A stretch of DNA of 29,774 bases from a virus (lineage: Duplodnaviria > Caudoviricetes), in the IMG/VR virus record IMGVR_UViG_3300017716_002286, positions 1 to 29,774 of that record, one strand, 5' to 3'. Below the pieces are notes generated by a model. The model was not told the origin of the DNA, ran no database searches, and worked only from the letters and a program-made list of their open reading frames with translations. Positions 18,146 through 27,680 of this stretch are shown one piece after another. The position numbers and the translations under genes were made by a program. The first letter of the stretch is position 1, and every line of letters begins with the position of its first letter.

Positions 18146-18394
18146 ATGAATTTTAATATAAAACAAAACTTAATGATTTCAATAGTTAATTTAATACAAC
18201 AAAATATTACACTTAGTGGTTGTATATCTCTTACAACAATGCTCCTTGGTAAATTTTTTACAGTATTAGGGGCAATATTAGGCTTATCTTTTGGGTTAAT
18301 AGGAGCAGTAGTAGGTTTAATAACTATTTATAGTTTTCTTGAGAAAAAAGGATTACTTCCTAAATGGGCTAAAATTAAAGATAGAACAAAATAA
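18146..18394 (+). CDS. Small membrane protein (holin/antiholin candidate)
   Basis: Long hydrophobic segment(s) and a basic C-tail, directly after the amidase. Confidence 0.55.
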   Translation: MNFNIKQNLMISIVNLIQQNITLSGCISLTTMLLGKFFTVLGAILGLSFGLIGAVVGLITIYSFLEKKGLLPKWAKIKDRTK

Positions 18395-18421
18395 AAAAAG
18401 TAACAATTATAATTAGTTAAT

Positions 18422-18619
18422 ATGAGTTTTAAAGACAAGTATTGGAAACCTACCCCAAAAAAATTTAGAAAAATAGGTGATGTTTTATTAGCAATTTCTG
18501 CAATAGGTGTACCAGTTATTTTGATAGATTATAAATGGATAGGTATATCATTGTTTATACTTTGTATTATTGGTAAATTTTTAACTAATTTTTTTACAGA
18601 AGATACTGAAATAAAATAG
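18422..18619 (+). CDS. Holin candidate (2 TM)
   Basis: Basic N-terminus YWKPTPKKFRKIGD followed by two hydrophobic helices. Confidence 0.6.
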   Translation: MSFKDKYWKPTPKKFRKIGDVLLAISAIGVPVILIDYKWIGISLFILCIIGKFLTNFFTEDTEIK

Positions 18620-18651
18620 AATTACACAAGAAGACATATCAATCAAATAAA

Positions 18652-19161
18652 ATGCCAATTAAATTAACATCTGATGAGGAAAAAAGAATTGTCAAAAACA
18701 AATTGATAGTTCCAGCTTCTCATGATGATATAACAAAAGGTAATCAAAAAACAAAATTAGTTAATTTAGAGGGTAATTCTCTAGGTATAACAGATAATGC
18801 TCTTGATGTTTATGTTAAATCTGGTGTATTAACAGTACAACCTGGAAATACACAAAATACAACTGCTTGGTTAGTTAAAGAACTAAGATCAGCTACACCA
18901 ACAGTAACATCTGTAGCAGATATAGCAACCTCAACAACACTTTTAGCCTTAAATACTAATAGATTAGGGGCATCTTTTCATAATACATCAAGTGCTATTC
19001 TTTATTTAAAATGTGGTGCAACAGCAACAGTAACAAATTTTACAGTAAGAATAGTTCAATATGCTTATTATGAATTACCATATCAATACACAGGAATAGT
19101 TGATGGAATTTGGGCATCAGATCCTAATGATGGATCTTGTTTAATAACAGAATTTACATAA
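18652..19161 (+). CDS. Putative virion beta-sandwich protein
   Basis: C-terminal LLALNTNRLGASFHNTSSAILYLKCG...YTGIVDGIW pattern typical of small phage structural domains. Confidence 0.5.
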   Translation: MPIKLTSDEEKRIVKNKLIVPASHDDITKGNQKTKLVNLEGNSLGITDNALDVYVKSGVLTVQPGNTQNTTAWLVKELRSATPTVTSVADIATSTTLLALNTNRLGASFHNTSSAILYLKCGATATVTNFTVRIVQYAYYELPYQYTGIVDGIWASDPNDGSCLITEFT

Positions 19162-19164
19162 ATT

Positions 19165-19470
19165 ATGCCATTATATCCACCAGCTTCTACAGGAAGCGTA
19201 ACAACTGTTACTGCAACTTCTCCCATCACATCAAGTGGTGGTGCTACTCCCAATGTTTCTACTTCAATAGCAACAAACAGATTGGTAGGTCGTGGAACTG
19301 CAGGTACTGGTGTATTTGAAGAAATTATATTAGGTACTAATTTAAGTTTAACAGGCACTACTTTAAATGCAAGTGGAGGTGGAGGAGGTGGTGCAGGTAG
19401 TGGAGAAATAGTTGATTTAGGAGATAGAATGATTGGAAGTGAAATTTTTGATTTAGGACAAAGAGTATAA
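19165..19470 (+). CDS. Short fibre-like protein
   Basis: GSVTTVTATSPITSSGG repeat, poly-Gly linker, C-terminal duplicated EIxDLGxR. Confidence 0.6.
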   Translation: MPLYPPASTGSVTTVTATSPITSSGGATPNVSTSIATNRLVGRGTAGTGVFEEIILGTNLSLTGTTLNASGGGGGGAGSGEIVDLGDRMIGSEIFDLGQRV

Positions 19471-19472
19471 TT

Positions 19473-20582
19473 ATGGGACAGATAAAGATTCCGAGAATAA
19501 CAACAATACAAAGAACTGCATTGACATTAGATGTTGGTGAGTTGGTTTACGACACTACCAATGGCGGTGTGTATAAAGGCGATGGAGCAACAGCAGGTGG
19601 TGTTTCTGTTGGTGGTAGTGGTACAGTTACATCAGTTACAGGAACAACACCAATAGTGTCAAGTGGTGGTGCTGCACCTGCTATCTCTATTCCTGCTGCA
19701 ACAACATCTGTAAATGGATATTTATCAAGTACAGATTGGACAACATTTAATAATAAAGGCACAGGTAGTGTTACATCAGTAGCGGCAACAGTCCCTACAT
19801 TCCTATCAGTAGCAGGGAGTCCAATCACCACAAGTGGTACATTAGCGGTGACTTTAAGTGGTACAGCGTTGCCAGTTCTTAATGGAGGCACAGGAGTAAC
19901 AACATCAACAGGAAGTGGAAATACTGTACTTTCAACTTCACCTACATTAGTAACACCGATTCTTGGTAGTGCGAGTGCAACTGCATTGACATTCACATCT
20001 ACTGCGGTAAGTGGATTGACAATAAATAGATTAACAACTGCACAGCGACAAGCACTAACACCCGTAATGGGTGATGTGGTGTATGATACAACAATAGGAA
20101 CTACTTGCACTTACAATGGTACTTTTTGGGAATACATAAAAGAGTATTATGTTACTGCCAATGTAAGCACAACAGCAATTACAGCATCAACAATTACGGG
20201 ATTAACCACATTTATATTGGAAGCAAATTCAACTTACAGTATTAGTGGTCAATTTTTAATAACGTGTAGCAGTACGGGTGGTGTAAAGTTTGGAAATAGT
20301 TTACCATCGGGAGCAGTATCTTACATTAATTATGCAGGAGCTTCAACATCAACAACGGTGTATCTTCAACAACCAATCAACATAGGTGCGTTAACTCCTA
20401 CTGCACATAATAGGAATGCAGCATCTTCTTACTTAACATTTGGCGGTGTAATAAATATAGGAGCAACTTCGGGAGCTGTCAGTATGCAATTTGCAAGTGG
20501 TGTTGCTGCACAAACATCAATTATCTATGGTAATTTTCCAAGTGGTTTTCAATCAAAAATAACACTAACAAAAATAGCATAA
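19473..20582 (+). CDS. Tail fibre/receptor-binding protein candidate
   Basis: GTVTSV repeats, LPVLNGGTG, VLSTSPTLVTPILG, two R[IL]TTxQRxAL...G[ED][LV]VYDTT modules and a beta-rich C-terminal head. Confidence 0.7.
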   Translation: MGQIKIPRITTIQRTALTLDVGELVYDTTNGGVYKGDGATAGGVSVGGSGTVTSVTGTTPIVSSGGAAPAISIPAATTSVNGYLSSTDWTTFNNKGTGSVTSVAATVPTFLSVAGSPITTSGTLAVTLSGTALPVLNGGTGVTTSTGSGNTVLSTSPTLVTPILGSASATALTFTSTAVSGLTINRLTTAQRQALTPVMGDVVYDTTIGTTCTYNGTFWEYIKEYYVTANVSTTAITASTITGLTTFILEANSTYSISGQFLITCSSTGGVKFGNSLPSGAVSYINYAGASTSTTVYLQQPINIGALTPTAHNRNAASSYLTFGGVINIGATSGAVSMQFASGVAAQTSIIYGNFPSGFQSKITLTKIA

Positions 20583-20830
20583 TGAAAATTATAAAATACG
20601 AAAACTACAATACAACACCACTACCATCTGAATTTATCAGAGTGCATTGTGATGGAATAAATTACTTCTTTGCAGAGAACGAAAACGATGTTGCAGAGAT
20701 AGAGGCATCACTACCAATTTCCGAGCCACAAGTAGTTGAATTGCCAAAAGTTGACTTGTCAAATATTGACATATCTTCGTTGACTGATGCACAGATATTA
20801 GAGTTGAAAAATAGAATAAATAAAATGTAA
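20582..20830 (+). CDS. Small acidic protein; possible fibre chaperone
   Basis: 82 aa, TAATG-coupled downstream of the fibre gene. Confidence 0.45.
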   Translation: MKIIKYENYNTTPLPSEFIRVHCDGINYFFAENENDVAEIEASLPISEPQVVELPKVDLSNIDISSLTDAQILELKNRINKM

Positions 20831-21420
20831 TGAACGTGAGTGAAGACGATAAAATTATAAATATAAAAGAAAAAGTTAAAAATTGGACTATAGTTGTATT
20901 ACTTGTATTGTCACTTATCTTCTTTTTAAGAAGTTGTGAAAAACCTGTAGGAAAAAACAGGACTATCTACATGATAGATACAGTAAAAACACATACTAGA
21001 GATACAGTTTGGGCTAAAGATACTACTTTTGTAATGATTGGTTCACCAATAGTTACTGATAGTATTCCATATTTTGATAGTACTACAGGTAATTTAACTG
21101 ATTACATTAGAACATATAAAGATACTATAGAAGATACTAATCTTGTAGTATTTACAGAACATTTAGTAAAAGGTACTTTATTAGGCTCAGAGATGAGCTA
21201 TAAACTCAAAATACCTCTTGTTATATATGATAGCACCACAACTACTATAAAGATCGTAGAAGAGCTTAATATAAGTTTGTATGGGGGTTTAGAAAGTGGT
21301 TATAAAACTTTTAGTCCTTATTTAAATTTAAAAGTTAAGAAATGGGATTTTGGTGTATCTTATGATATTTATAATAAAACTCCTAAAGTAAGAGTTGGTT
21401 ATAGAATATTAGCAAGATAG
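20830..21420 (+). CDS. Membrane-anchored protein; spanin-like lysis accessory candidate
   Basis: N-terminal TM (WTIVVLLVLSLIFFLRSC), DT-rich extended middle, C-terminal amphipathic beta strands. Confidence 0.5.
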   Translation: MNVSEDDKIINIKEKVKNWTIVVLLVLSLIFFLRSCEKPVGKNRTIYMIDTVKTHTRDTVWAKDTTFVMIGSPIVTDSIPYFDSTTGNLTDYIRTYKDTIEDTNLVVFTEHLVKGTLLGSEMSYKLKIPLVIYDSTTTTIKIVEELNISLYGGLESGYKTFSPYLNLKVKKWDFGVSYDIYNKTPKVRVGYRILAR

Positions 21421-21452
21421 TTGTAAATTAAGTTAAAATTGATTATATTATA
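21417..21452 (+). promoter_or_regulatory. Promoter copy 5 (ATAGTTGTA-N18-TATATTATA)
   Basis: TAGTTGTA 21418-21425, overlapping the upstream TAG stop, and TATATTATA 21444-21452; ATG at 21455. Confidence 0.65.
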
Positions 21453-21454
21453 AA

Positions 21455-22141
21455 ATGGCAACTACATTAGCAAAACTTATTAAAGATGTCCAGCTTATAG
21501 CTGCAAGTGGTCCTGTACCTGATGATTTCAGAATGTCTGATAGATTAGTTGAAAATTGGATTACACAGATACGCAGTACTCTTATAGCTCAAGGACTTGA
21601 GAAAAGAAAAGATATTTCTGATGTTTGGATACAAACTATAGGATGTCTTGAACTTGAAACAGTTGATGAGGCTGAATGTTGTGATATAGAAATTGGTTGT
21701 ACTTTACTTAAATCTGTAAGGCAAATACCTACTACAATTGAAACTAAAGACAGTAATCTTATTATAGGAGTTACAGGATTAGATAACACACATATAACAC
21801 AGACTAACAGGTTTAAAAGAAGATATAAAAAGTATAGCAGATATACAGGATCAAATAAAGGTTGGTACCTTAAAGATAACTATATATATGTTATAAATGA
21901 TAATATTCTTAAATATGTTAATGTTCATGGTATATTTGATGATCCAAGAGAGTTAGCATCTTTTAAAAACTGTTCTGGTGAAACATGTTTCTCTTTTGAT
22001 AGTAACTATCCTGTTTCAACTAAAATGGCTGATTCTATAGTTAATATTATTATACAGACTAAAGTTAAACCATTTATGACATTCCCACAAGATTTATCTA
22101 ATGATAGTGAAAATAAAGGGATAAATGTAATTAAAGAGTAA
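21455..22141 (+). CDS. Tail ring protein paralog
   Basis: 228 aa; WIQTIGCLELETVD, GIFDDP, YPVSTKMADSIV, DLSND motifs; crAss-like synteny ring-IHF-ring-muzzle. Confidence 0.7.
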   Translation: MATTLAKLIKDVQLIAASGPVPDDFRMSDRLVENWITQIRSTLIAQGLEKRKDISDVWIQTIGCLELETVDEAECCDIEIGCTLLKSVRQIPTTIETKDSNLIIGVTGLDNTHITQTNRFKRRYKKYSRYTGSNKGWYLKDNYIYVINDNILKYVNVHGIFDDPRELASFKNCSGETCFSFDSNYPVSTKMADSIVNIIIQTKVKPFMTFPQDLSNDSENKGINVIKE

Positions 22142-22143
22142 TA

Positions 22144-22620
22144 ATGCAAAAAGAAGTAAAGGTAAAAATTTATAAAAAGCGTGGTAAAGGTAAACTTACA
22201 GCAGATGTAGGTATGCATAATATATACAAATATTACAGAACTAGATCTAAAAATCCTATAGATAAAATTAAATTCAGAGCAATCATGAATGATATTAATC
22301 TTAAAATTAGAGATAGGATAATAAATGAATCTGAATATTTTAAAATGCCTTTTGGTATTGGTATATTAAGAATAAGAAAAAGTTCTGAATTAAGTAGGCT
22401 TTATAAAATAAGTAATTGCCCTGTTAATTATAAACTTACACGCGAATTAGGTCAGGTAGTATATCACGATTCTCAATATATGTATAGATGGAAATGGGTT
22501 AAATACAGATCACATATGAAATGGAAAAGTGTTTATAAATTTGAGCCCTCAAGAGCTTCTAAAAGACTTCTTGCTAAGGCAATATTGGTAGATAAAAAAG
22601 ATTATTTCTTTGAATTTTAA
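22144..22620 (+). CDS. Basic IHF/HU-like protein of the crAss-like tail block
   Basis: FRAIMNDINLKIRDRII...FKMPFGIGILRIRK...YKFEPSRASKRLLAKAI: HU/IHF-like core; position in the tail block. Confidence 0.65.
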   Translation: MQKEVKVKIYKKRGKGKLTADVGMHNIYKYYRTRSKNPIDKIKFRAIMNDINLKIRDRIINESEYFKMPFGIGILRIRKSSELSRLYKISNCPVNYKLTRELGQVVYHDSQYMYRWKWVKYRSHMKWKSVYKFEPSRASKRLLAKAILVDKKDYFFEF

Positions 22621-22623
22621 CAA

Positions 22624-23340
22624 ATGAATGTAAGACTAGTATCAGTAAAAACTATCATTAATAGAGTCTACAGAAGACTAAACCTCAACGAGGATCTTCC
22701 TGAAGATGATATGATAGAATGGGTTGGAGAAGCACTATTAAGAGTAGGGGCTTTTTCACAATTTGTACCAAAAGTATGTCAACTTGAAATAAGTAATGGT
22801 AAGGTAGCTATACCTTGTGATTTCTACAAGCTTGTTGATATTAATTATACTTTGTCTGTTGGTACTAATCTTGTATTATCAACTTTTAATCCTTTACAAT
22901 GGAAATCTGAAAGTTTTTTCAGTGAGTACTTTTGTGATGAGTGTAAAGTAAGTTTGTGGTCAAACACATTTAATCCTTACTTTATGATTAATAATGCTTA
23001 TATATATACATCTTTTAATGAAGGTACAATATGTATTTCCTATCTTGCAGTACCAACTGATGAAGAAGGTTATCCTATGGTTCCCGAAGATGAAATGACT
23101 CTTGATGCTTGTTCTAAATACATCATATATCAACTTGATTACAGGGAGTGGAGAAAAGGTGCTATACAAGATAAAGTATTTCAACATAGTGAAAGAGAGT
23201 GGCATTTTGGTGTTGGAGCAGCTAAAGGTAGTTTAAATATGCCTAATGCACAACAACTTGAGACAATTAAAAATGTTATACAAAGATTAATACCTAATCA
23301 GCGTTACAACAGTAATCCTGAAAGAAGAAAAATACATTAA
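22624..23340 (+). CDS. Tail tubular/ring protein (P22 gp4-like adaptor)
   Basis: DMIEWVGEAL, IPCDFYKL, ISYLAVPTDEEGYPMVP; immediately precedes the muzzle gene. Confidence 0.75.
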   Translation: MNVRLVSVKTIINRVYRRLNLNEDLPEDDMIEWVGEALLRVGAFSQFVPKVCQLEISNGKVAIPCDFYKLVDINYTLSVGTNLVLSTFNPLQWKSESFFSEYFCDECKVSLWSNTFNPYFMINNAYIYTSFNEGTICISYLAVPTDEEGYPMVPEDEMTLDACSKYIIYQLDYREWRKGAIQDKVFQHSEREWHFGVGAAKGSLNMPNAQQLETIKNVIQRLIPNQRYNSNPERRKIH

Positions 23341-23353
23341 AATAAAGTAAGGG

Positions 23354-26300
23354 ATGGAACAAATAACAACTTTTGCATCTGGTATGAATAAAGATCAAGA
23401 CCCTTTAATTACTAAAGGTTATTTTGATGCTAATAATTTTAGACTAGGTGTAGAGCATGGTAGTACATCACCAAGCTTAATTAACATATTAGGTAATAGT
23501 AAAAGAAGTCAAATACAAAATACTACTGGTGTACATAGACTTACTAAACTAACTACAGGTTTTGTAAATTTTACTATACAAGGACAAATAGGTGCTGGTA
23601 TTACTATTACAAGTGGTTCTACACCTTTAAGTATTTATAACTATCTTATAACAGATGGTGCTTACACTAACTGTGTACAAAATGCTGCCTTTACAACTTT
23701 AACTACTTCTTCATACGATATTTATTATAATAATAATTATTTATATATAGTAGGTTCTGTTGTAAACTCTGTTCAAAATACTATTACAGGAACAAGTAAT
23801 AATAATACAATAGTATTATTTTCAAATAATTATATACCAGCTCAATCTGGTTTATATATTATAGGTTCTACTTATATCAGAGATGATATATTTTTATATA
23901 CAACATCAAATACTACTAATAATCCTGGTGGTCATGATTCTACAGTAGTTACAAATCCTACAAGTGTTGGTCAGATATGGAAAATGACTTATGACCAAAT
24001 TGCAGATACTTCAACTATATCATTATTATATAATAATTTTGTTGATTTTACAGCAGTACATCCTATACCACCTACCGCAACAACAGGTAGATATGAAAAT
24101 AGTTTAACTAAAAGAATATATTGGACAGATAATTTTAATAGTCTGAGATCTATCAATGTTGCAGACCCACAAGTTTTTGCATTAGATATCAGTTTATTAA
24201 GTGTTAAACCTGCAGTAGATTTTAGCCCACCTTTATTACAGAACATTATATCTGGTGGTAGTCTTTACGTAGGTTCTTATGAGGCAGGTTATAGGCTTAA
24301 AAATACAGGTGGTTCTGTTACTAAAATAGGGCCTTTATCTAATATAGTACATATAGTAGCATCAAGTGAAATTACTGCTACAGGTGGTTCTAATTTTGCT
24401 ACATATCATGGTGATACAATAGGTACTTTAACAGGTAAAGCTATTACATGGAAAATACAGGATATAGATACAGACTTTGAAAGAATTGAAATAGTTATAA
24501 TTTTTAGAGACATTTTTACAGATCTACCTACAAGTATTAATATAGTATTAGATGAACCTATACCAAATACAGGTGAGTTTATATTTACTTATACTGGTAA
24601 TGAAGAAGTTGTAAGTTTAACTTTAGATGATCTTACATTAATAGATGATACATTTACACAATGTAAAACATTAGCTACTAAAGATAATAGATTATTTGTT
24701 GCTAATACAAAATCACAAAAAGAAGATCTGGATTATGATGCAAGAGTATATAGATTTCCAACAGGATCTCCAACTTTTCAAATTACTGAAGATGGTATCA
24801 TAAATACTTATGACTCTACAAACTGGACTGGAATAAGTGCAACAAGTGATGCTATTAATACAACTCCTGCAACACAGATATATAAAGAAAGCTCTACTGT
24901 AATTGGTGGTGCTGGTCCTAATATCTCTTATGAGTTTGGTACTATAGCAATAAGGGCTGATTCAGCTATTCCATTAGCTCAAGCAAGTACAGGTGCTCCA
25001 TTCAGACATACTAATCCTGAATATTTGGTAAGTGAATTAGACTTAGATGTTACAAGAATAGATAGTACTAATTTACAAGTATATCCTACTAATTTAATTA
25101 ATGATGATATAAAATATCCTTATTATTCTTCTTTATATAAAGGTTACGAAAGATGTGAAACTTATAGAATGGGTATAACATTTTATGATAAACAAGGCAA
25201 TCCTTTTTATACAAAGTGGGTAGGCGATGTTAAAATGCCTAATCACAATGATGTTAATGCTAATCCATTATTTGAAGATGGCTCATCTTCAGCAGCATCT
25301 TCTCCAGATTTTAGAATGTCTTTTATAGCAACTAAAAGTGGTACATCTACATTATTTGTTAATCAGTTATTTATTAAATTTACAGTTAAAATACCTGATT
25401 CTATATCAGCTATTGTAAGTGGTTATTCTATTTGCAGAGTTGAAAGAACACAAGAAAATAAAACTGTATTAGGATCTGGTATATTAAATCAAGTTGTATC
25501 GGATGGTGGTCAATTTTGGTTACCAGATTATCAAGAAACAGATGCTGGCCCTACTAGTGATTTTCCTTTTATGAACATTGATGCTACAAATAGATCTTTA
25601 CCGTTAAATGCTAGTGACCTTACTCCTTTATTTGATTGCCCTGAATTTTTACTTGGTGGTTTTTCAGGTTATATAGTAGGTGATAAATTAAGAATTGTCA
25701 GCAGACAATCTGTAGATAATTATGCTTATCAAGTAACTATAGATAATGGGGCCGAGCCTTATATGATGTATAAATACTTAACTACAGATGCTACATATGG
25801 TGTATCAAATGAATTTACAATAGATGCTGCTGCTACTGTAGCTAGGGCAGGAACATACTTATTTCCAGGAGCGGGTGGTTGGTTATTTAATAACTATACA
25901 AGAACAGATGGTTCTCCTGGATCAACAGGATCTGATGCTATAGGTTCAGATACACTTGGTGTTGAATTATCTACATCTGTTTTATTTAATGTTAACTATG
26001 GTTGTACAGAAGCTAATGGTAAAAAATTAATAGCTCAGTATGTCAGAATTGTAGCAAGTCAATATGGTGGTAATACATATACACAAAGATCAAATAATGA
26101 ATATATTAATTGCTCACATTACAGACCTATAAAAGCATACATAACAAGCACAGGCACTACAGATACTTTTCAGGTATTTGGTGGTGATGTATTTACTCAA
26201 ATGTATGATAATCAGAAACAAATTAAAAATTGGGATGGGGTTGGTTTAGGTCCTTATAGTGGATTTAATAGTTCAAAAGTATCTATAACACAATTTTTTC

Positions 26301-27670
26301 CTTGTACAGCATCTCAAAATACAGATTTAAGACATGGTAATCATGTTAATAAAAATTTAAATGCTGATGATAGTTCTGAAGCTTCTGGTTCTGAATCATA
26401 CCTTTATAATAAGTCATATTCAAATACACAAAATACAAGAAAGTTTTTTCCTAAACCATCACAACTTGTACAAACTATAGAACAGGATTCTAGAGTGTGG
26501 GCAAGTGATTTAAAAATTAATGGTGAGTTAGTTGATTCGTGGGGAGTATTTAAGTCAGACAATTATTGGGATACTGAAGGTTCATATGGATCTATTAATG
26601 CCCTTGAAATATTAAAAGATAAAATGTTCTTTTTACAGAATAGAGCTTTTGGTATTTTATCTATAAATCCAAGAGCTTTGGTAGTAGATGCTTCATCTAC
26701 AGTAACACAGTTAGGTACTGGTAATATACTTGAAAGACATGATTATATTTCTACAGAGTATGGTTCTAAACACCAATGGTCTGTTTTAAAATCACAACAA
26801 AGCCTTATTTGGTGGGATACTGATGCTAAAAGATTGGTAAGTTTTAATGGTAAATTAGAAGCTTTATCAGATGTTAAAGGTATGGCTGGTTATTTATCAG
26901 ATAATGGTGAAAACTATTTATTAAATCATGATAATCCTATTTATAGTGATTTACAAAGTAATATAGGTTGTGGTGTACATGGTGTATATGATTATAATTA
27001 TAACGAATTTATTATAACTTTTTTGAATGCTTCACCACCTGAAAATTCGGGTGGTGGGGAGTCTAAAATTGTAGTGCCTAATACTTTTACATTATGTTAT
27101 GAAGAAAGGATTAATGCTTTTACAAGTTTTTATAGCTTTAAACCTAATATATATATAACAAATCATAGGGAGATATATTCACCTAATTTACAGTCGGGAG
27201 CTGATCTTTATTTACACGATAGAGATAATTACTGTAAATTTTATGGTACAGTCTATCAGTCTACAGTAACTCCTATAATTAACGATAATCCACAATATAT
27301 TAAGGTATTTGACAATTTAGAATGGGTTACAGATAGTTTAGACTATTCAGGGACTACTAATATCACTAATGATACTTTTAGTTCTGTAAGAGCTTATAAT
27401 AGCTTTCAAAATACAGATTTCCAGACTTTGACTGTTAATAATAATTTAACACGTAAGGAAAGGTTATGGAAGACTTTTATACCAAGAAACAGAGTTAAAT
27501 ATACAACAGTTAATGCTGATATATTTAATGATTTAAATGTGGGTAATAAGTCTTATGGTGAAAGGTTACGAGATAATTATATGTATCTTGATTTAAAATA
27601 TAATAACAATAATAATTATAGATTTGTCTTCAGATTCTTAAAAACAATATTTAGGGTTTCAAGCAGATAA
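23354..27670 (+). CDS. Muzzle/tail stabilisation protein (P22 gp10-like)
   Basis: 1438 aa; N-terminal FASGMNKD, IYWTDNFNSLRSINV, KDNRLFVAN, ETYRMGITFYD, FGGDVF, FTSFYSFKP, KVFDNL, ERLRDNY motifs. Confidence 0.85.
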   Translation: MEQITTFASGMNKDQDPLITKGYFDANNFRLGVEHGSTSPSLINILGNSKRSQIQNTTGVHRLTKLTTGFVNFTIQGQIGAGITITSGSTPLSIYNYLITDGAYTNCVQNAAFTTLTTSSYDIYYNNNYLYIVGSVVNSVQNTITGTSNNNTIVLFSNNYIPAQSGLYIIGSTYIRDDIFLYTTSNTTNNPGGHDSTVVTNPTSVGQIWKMTYDQIADTSTISLLYNNFVDFTAVHPIPPTATTGRYENSLTKRIYWTDNFNSLRSINVADPQVFALDISLLSVKPAVDFSPPLLQNIISGGSLYVGSYEAGYRLKNTGGSVTKIGPLSNIVHIVASSEITATGGSNFATYHGDTIGTLTGKAITWKIQDIDTDFERIEIVIIFRDIFTDLPTSINIVLDEPIPNTGEFIFTYTGNEEVVSLTLDDLTLIDDTFTQCKTLATKDNRLFVANTKSQKEDLDYDARVYRFPTGSPTFQITEDGIINTYDSTNWTGISATSDAINTTPATQIYKESSTVIGGAGPNISYEFGTIAIRADSAIPLAQASTGAPFRHTNPEYLVSELDLDVTRIDSTNLQVYPTNLINDDIKYPYYSSLYKGYERCETYRMGITFYDKQGNPFYTKWVGDVKMPNHNDVNANPLFEDGSSSAASSPDFRMSFIATKSGTSTLFVNQLFIKFTVKIPDSISAIVSGYSICRVERTQENKTVLGSGILNQVVSDGGQFWLPDYQETDAGPTSDFPFMNIDATNRSLPLNASDLTPLFDCPEFLLGGFSGYIVGDKLRIVSRQSVDNYAYQVTIDNGAEPYMMYKYLTTDATYGVSNEFTIDAAATVARAGTYLFPGAGGWLFNNYTRTDGSPGSTGSDAIGSDTLGVELSTSVLFNVNYGCTEANGKKLIAQYVRIVASQYGGNTYTQRSNNEYINCSHYRPIKAYITSTGTTDTFQVFGGDVFTQMYDNQKQIKNWDGVGLGPYSGFNSSKVSITQFFPCTASQNTDLRHGNHVNKNLNADDSSEASGSESYLYNKSYSNTQNTRKFFPKPSQLVQTIEQDSRVWASDLKINGELVDSWGVFKSDNYWDTEGSYGSINALEILKDKMFFLQNRAFGILSINPRALVVDASSTVTQLGTGNILERHDYISTEYGSKHQWSVLKSQQSLIWWDTDAKRLVSFNGKLEALSDVKGMAGYLSDNGENYLLNHDNPIYSDLQSNIGCGVHGVYDYNYNEFIITFLNASPPENSGGGESKIVVPNTFTLCYEERINAFTSFYSFKPNIYITNHREIYSPNLQSGADLYLHDRDNYCKFYGTVYQSTVTPIINDNPQYIKVFDNLEWVTDSLDYSGTTNITNDTFSSVRAYNSFQNTDFQTLTVNNNLTRKERLWKTFIPRNRVKYTTVNADIFNDLNVGNKSYGERLRDNYMYLDLKYNNNNNYRFVFRFLKTIFRVSSR

Positions 27671-27680
27671 TAATTGTAAA

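Noticed and set aside
19083-20110. Long minus-strand ORFs (142 aa and 187 aa) opposite the fibre genes
   Set aside because: Antisense shadows of Thr/Gly/Ser-rich genes, giving Val/Pro-rich translations with no independent expression signals.
3472-27670. Stop-codon reassignment (TAG or TGA), known in some crAss-like phages
   Set aside because: All large genes are intact under the standard code. Nearly all end in TAA and a few in TAG at sensible boundaries; read-through of the MCP TAG would add only 5 residues. The absence of TGA stops is not evidence of recoding.
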